This document shows positions 61,592-64,000 of a stretch of DNA of 64,000 nt, piece by piece. The number at the start of each line of letters is the position of its first letter. Within the stretch, counting starts at the first letter, position 1. The stretch comes from Hormiphora californensis (lineage: Eukaryota > Animalia > Ctenophora), in NCBI GenBank assembly GCA_020137815.1, contig CM035355.1:2480001-2544000 (forward strand), given 5' to 3'. The position numbers and the translations under genes are program-made. The notes below the pieces were generated by a model, which saw only the letters and a list, made by a program, of their open reading frames with translations, was not told the DNA's origin and did no database searches.

Positions 61592-62890
61592 TTAAAGTCC
61601 TTTTTTTTTCAACTGTTCACCCAAAAACTGAAATTTGATAAAAATTAGAATTTGGGTGGAGTATAAAGTCGGATTTTTTGAAACTGTCACCCCCCTAGAG
61701 TTTTTAAATTTCTTTAAATGACCATAAGCCCGGTTCCTGATGAGATAGAGACTTGAAATTTGGAGGTTACGAAGATCTTGCTAAGTTCTTCCGAACCTCC
61801 AAATTTCAAGTCTCTATCTTATCAGGAACCGGAGATATGTTTAGAGCCATTTTAGTGAATCAACTTTTTTGGCAGCGCGCACCTGTAAACAGGCCTCCAA
61901 ACACCCAGATCGTAAAGTCCATTTTTATTCAACTGTTCACCCCTCAACTCGTGCGCGTGCGATATTTTAATTTACGCTGCGCGCGATACACGTTAACATG
62001 TGATAGACGTTAACATGTGATAGACGCGCAAAAGAATTCCGCGCACGACTTTGGGGGGTGAACAGTTGAAAAAAAATGGAGTATAAAGTCGGATTTTTTG
62101 AAGTTGTCACCCCCAAATGACCGCGCATGTGAAATTTATCAATTTTGACGCGCACACCACACGTTAACATGTGATGTGACGCGCAAAAACATTCCGCGCA
62201 CGAGAAGGGGGGGTGACAACTTCAGAAAATCCGACTTTAACGGCGCCCTTTAAAAGTTCGCGAACGTTCGTGTTTTGTTTTTTCAACTTACTTTTCACTG
62301 AGATCGCATGGATATTTTAATTTTATTCGCGCGCTACGTTTAATTCGTCGTTACGCCGCGCTTTTATCATTCCCGCGCGTGATCTGACGAGAAATTTTTT
62401 TTTTTTTTTGGGGGGAGAGCACTCCCGTAAAGTCGGATTTTTTGAAACTGTCACCCCCAAACGACCACGCATGTGAAATTTATCAATTTTGACGCGCACA
62501 CCACACGTTAACATGTGATGTGACGCGCAAAAACATTCCGCGCACGAAAAGGGGGGTGACAGTTTCAAAAAATCCGACTTTAAAGTCCATTTTTTTTCAA
62601 CTGTTCACCCAAAAACTGAAATTTGATAAAAATTAGAATTTGGGTGGCGCGCGCTATACGTTAACATGTGATAAACGCGCAAAACAATTCCGCGCACGAC
62701 TTTGGGGGGTGAACAGTTGAAAAAAAATGGAGTATAAAGTCGGATTTTTTGAAGTTGTCACCCCCAAATGACCGCGCGTGTGAAATTGATCAATTTTGAC
62801 GCGCACACCACACGTTAACATGTGATGTGACGCGCAAAAACATTCCGCGCACGAGAAGGGGGGTGACAACTTCAAAAAATCCGACTTTAA
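61592..62890. mobile_element. Modular array of hairpin-forming MITE units bounded by TTAA (Kolobok-like ends, tentative)
   Basis: Modules AAAGTCC(A)TTTTTTTTCAACTGTTCACCC and AAAGTCGGATTTTTTGAA(A/G)(C/T)TGTCACCCC recur in both orientations; a solo module sits at ~25811-25967. Confidence 0.65.
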
Positions 62891-62985
62891 ACAATCTTTG
62901 ATGCTGAGAGTTCTCAGTTGTTATTAAAATACATGCGCTCTTGCGCTATCACGGACTAAAATAATAAATTAAAAAAAACAATTGT

Positions 62986-63330
62986 TCATTGACACACTCT
63001 CATGTTCCATAGATCATCAGATGTAGTTTCGGTCTTCTTCCCACGGAATCCACGGATCGAAAGGGTGACGCTTCTGACCATTGAGAAGCTTAGGCGAAGC
63101 CTGATGTATCTGATGCAGTCACCATGACTGTTTCCTGATTTTTTTGCCTTTAGTTCAGCAATGTGTTTGACCACTTTGGTAAACTCCTTGGCAAGTCCCC
63201 CGGTTGTGCTGATCACCAGTGGACTGAAGAATCCTCCTTCTATTTCCCGGACTCGGTGAAGATAGGCTATTTTCTTCTGTGTCTCATGCTTTGCATATGT
63301 AAGCGGGATAGTCTGGTTACAATTGGATGG
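62986..63330 (-). mobile_element. C-terminal fragment of a CRE-like RLE non-LTR retrotransposon
   Basis: HETQKKIAY..RVREIEGGFFSPLVISTTGGL...IRLRLSFSMVRS..LSIRGFRG resembles the C-terminus of animal CRE-clade proteins; a second IRVRLSFSL remnant lies near 63700-63730. Confidence 0.68.
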
Positions 63331-64000
63331 GGCCTGACGAGAAATTGAAAAATCAAGATCAAAAATTTGAAATTTCAAAAACCAAAAATTCAGATTTTGA
63401 ACTTTTTAATTTTTAATTTTCTGAAAATCAGATGTTCGGGGATCGGGAACAAACATACATTTAATCACTACATAAAACAAAAAATTAGATTTAATTGATA
63501 TCATTTTAAAACTACAAAATCGATTGGCGAGTCCAGTTCCACTTTTGACTTTTTTGAAGATATTGATATTGATATTGATATTGATATTGAGAAAAAAAGG
63601 TCAAAAGTGGACTCGCCCAAAAGTGATTGCCCCTGCAGACCCCCTGATGGAAATGTAGAAATATTTCAAACAGTATTATGAGCAAATCTTTTGGTAGAGA
63701 AAACGATAACCTGACTCGAATACAACAAACGTGTGAAATAAATTTTGTGCCATGGCTATCATCTCTGTGAAACATTTTGAGACACACAATGTGCAATACA
63801 TATCCGAGATAAATACACCCTGGTTGAACTTTTTAGCAAACACACGCAGTGTCTGACTGTGGTATGGAAACCCCCTACTGGCTACTGCACGGAGCTTTTC
63901 TGAATCACCTTTTCGAGACGAATCCAACGCAACCAGAATTAGCTTTCTATCTTATCGTGAAGTTTGGGCTTGAGCCTTGAGTATCTTCATTTTTGGCCAT

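Overview
Eukaryotic, intron-rich animal (invertebrate-type) genomic DNA; no prokaryotic systems and no CRISPR array. Gene models were assembled by hand from GT/GC-AG boundaries, so exon edges need RNA-seq confirmation. The main structure is a large inverted segmental duplication (arm A ~5046-16115, arm B ~26430-41725) around a ~10 kb unique spacer that holds a Na+/K+-ATPase beta subunit gene. Each arm carries a 16-exon SLC23/NAT (NCS2) nucleobase transporter, both apparently intact, and a CAP/SCP (GAPR-1-like) gene. The CAP gene is intact in arm B and broken in arm A. The intact CAP protein ends in a KRAS4B-like polybasic+CaaX tail (KKNVKKKKSGCSIM), the most unusual protein-level signal here. 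Downstream lie an atypical class A GPCR (ARY for DRY; long Cys/Pro-rich third loop with an extra hydrophobic segment), VCP/p97/CDC48, and an intronless Ig-domain receptor ending in an overlapping PSAP/PPxY motif. Mobile DNA is dense: nested non-LTR retrotransposons (APE-RT, R4/NeSL-like RLE, CRE-like), hAT- and Tc1-type MITEs, Helentron/HINE-like elements, two ~1 kb foldback palindromes, and a prolific family of 70-95 bp CTGT...ACAG micro-elements with exact 8-bp TSDs. Single +1 indels in the VCP and ATPase-beta exons are probably consensus errors.
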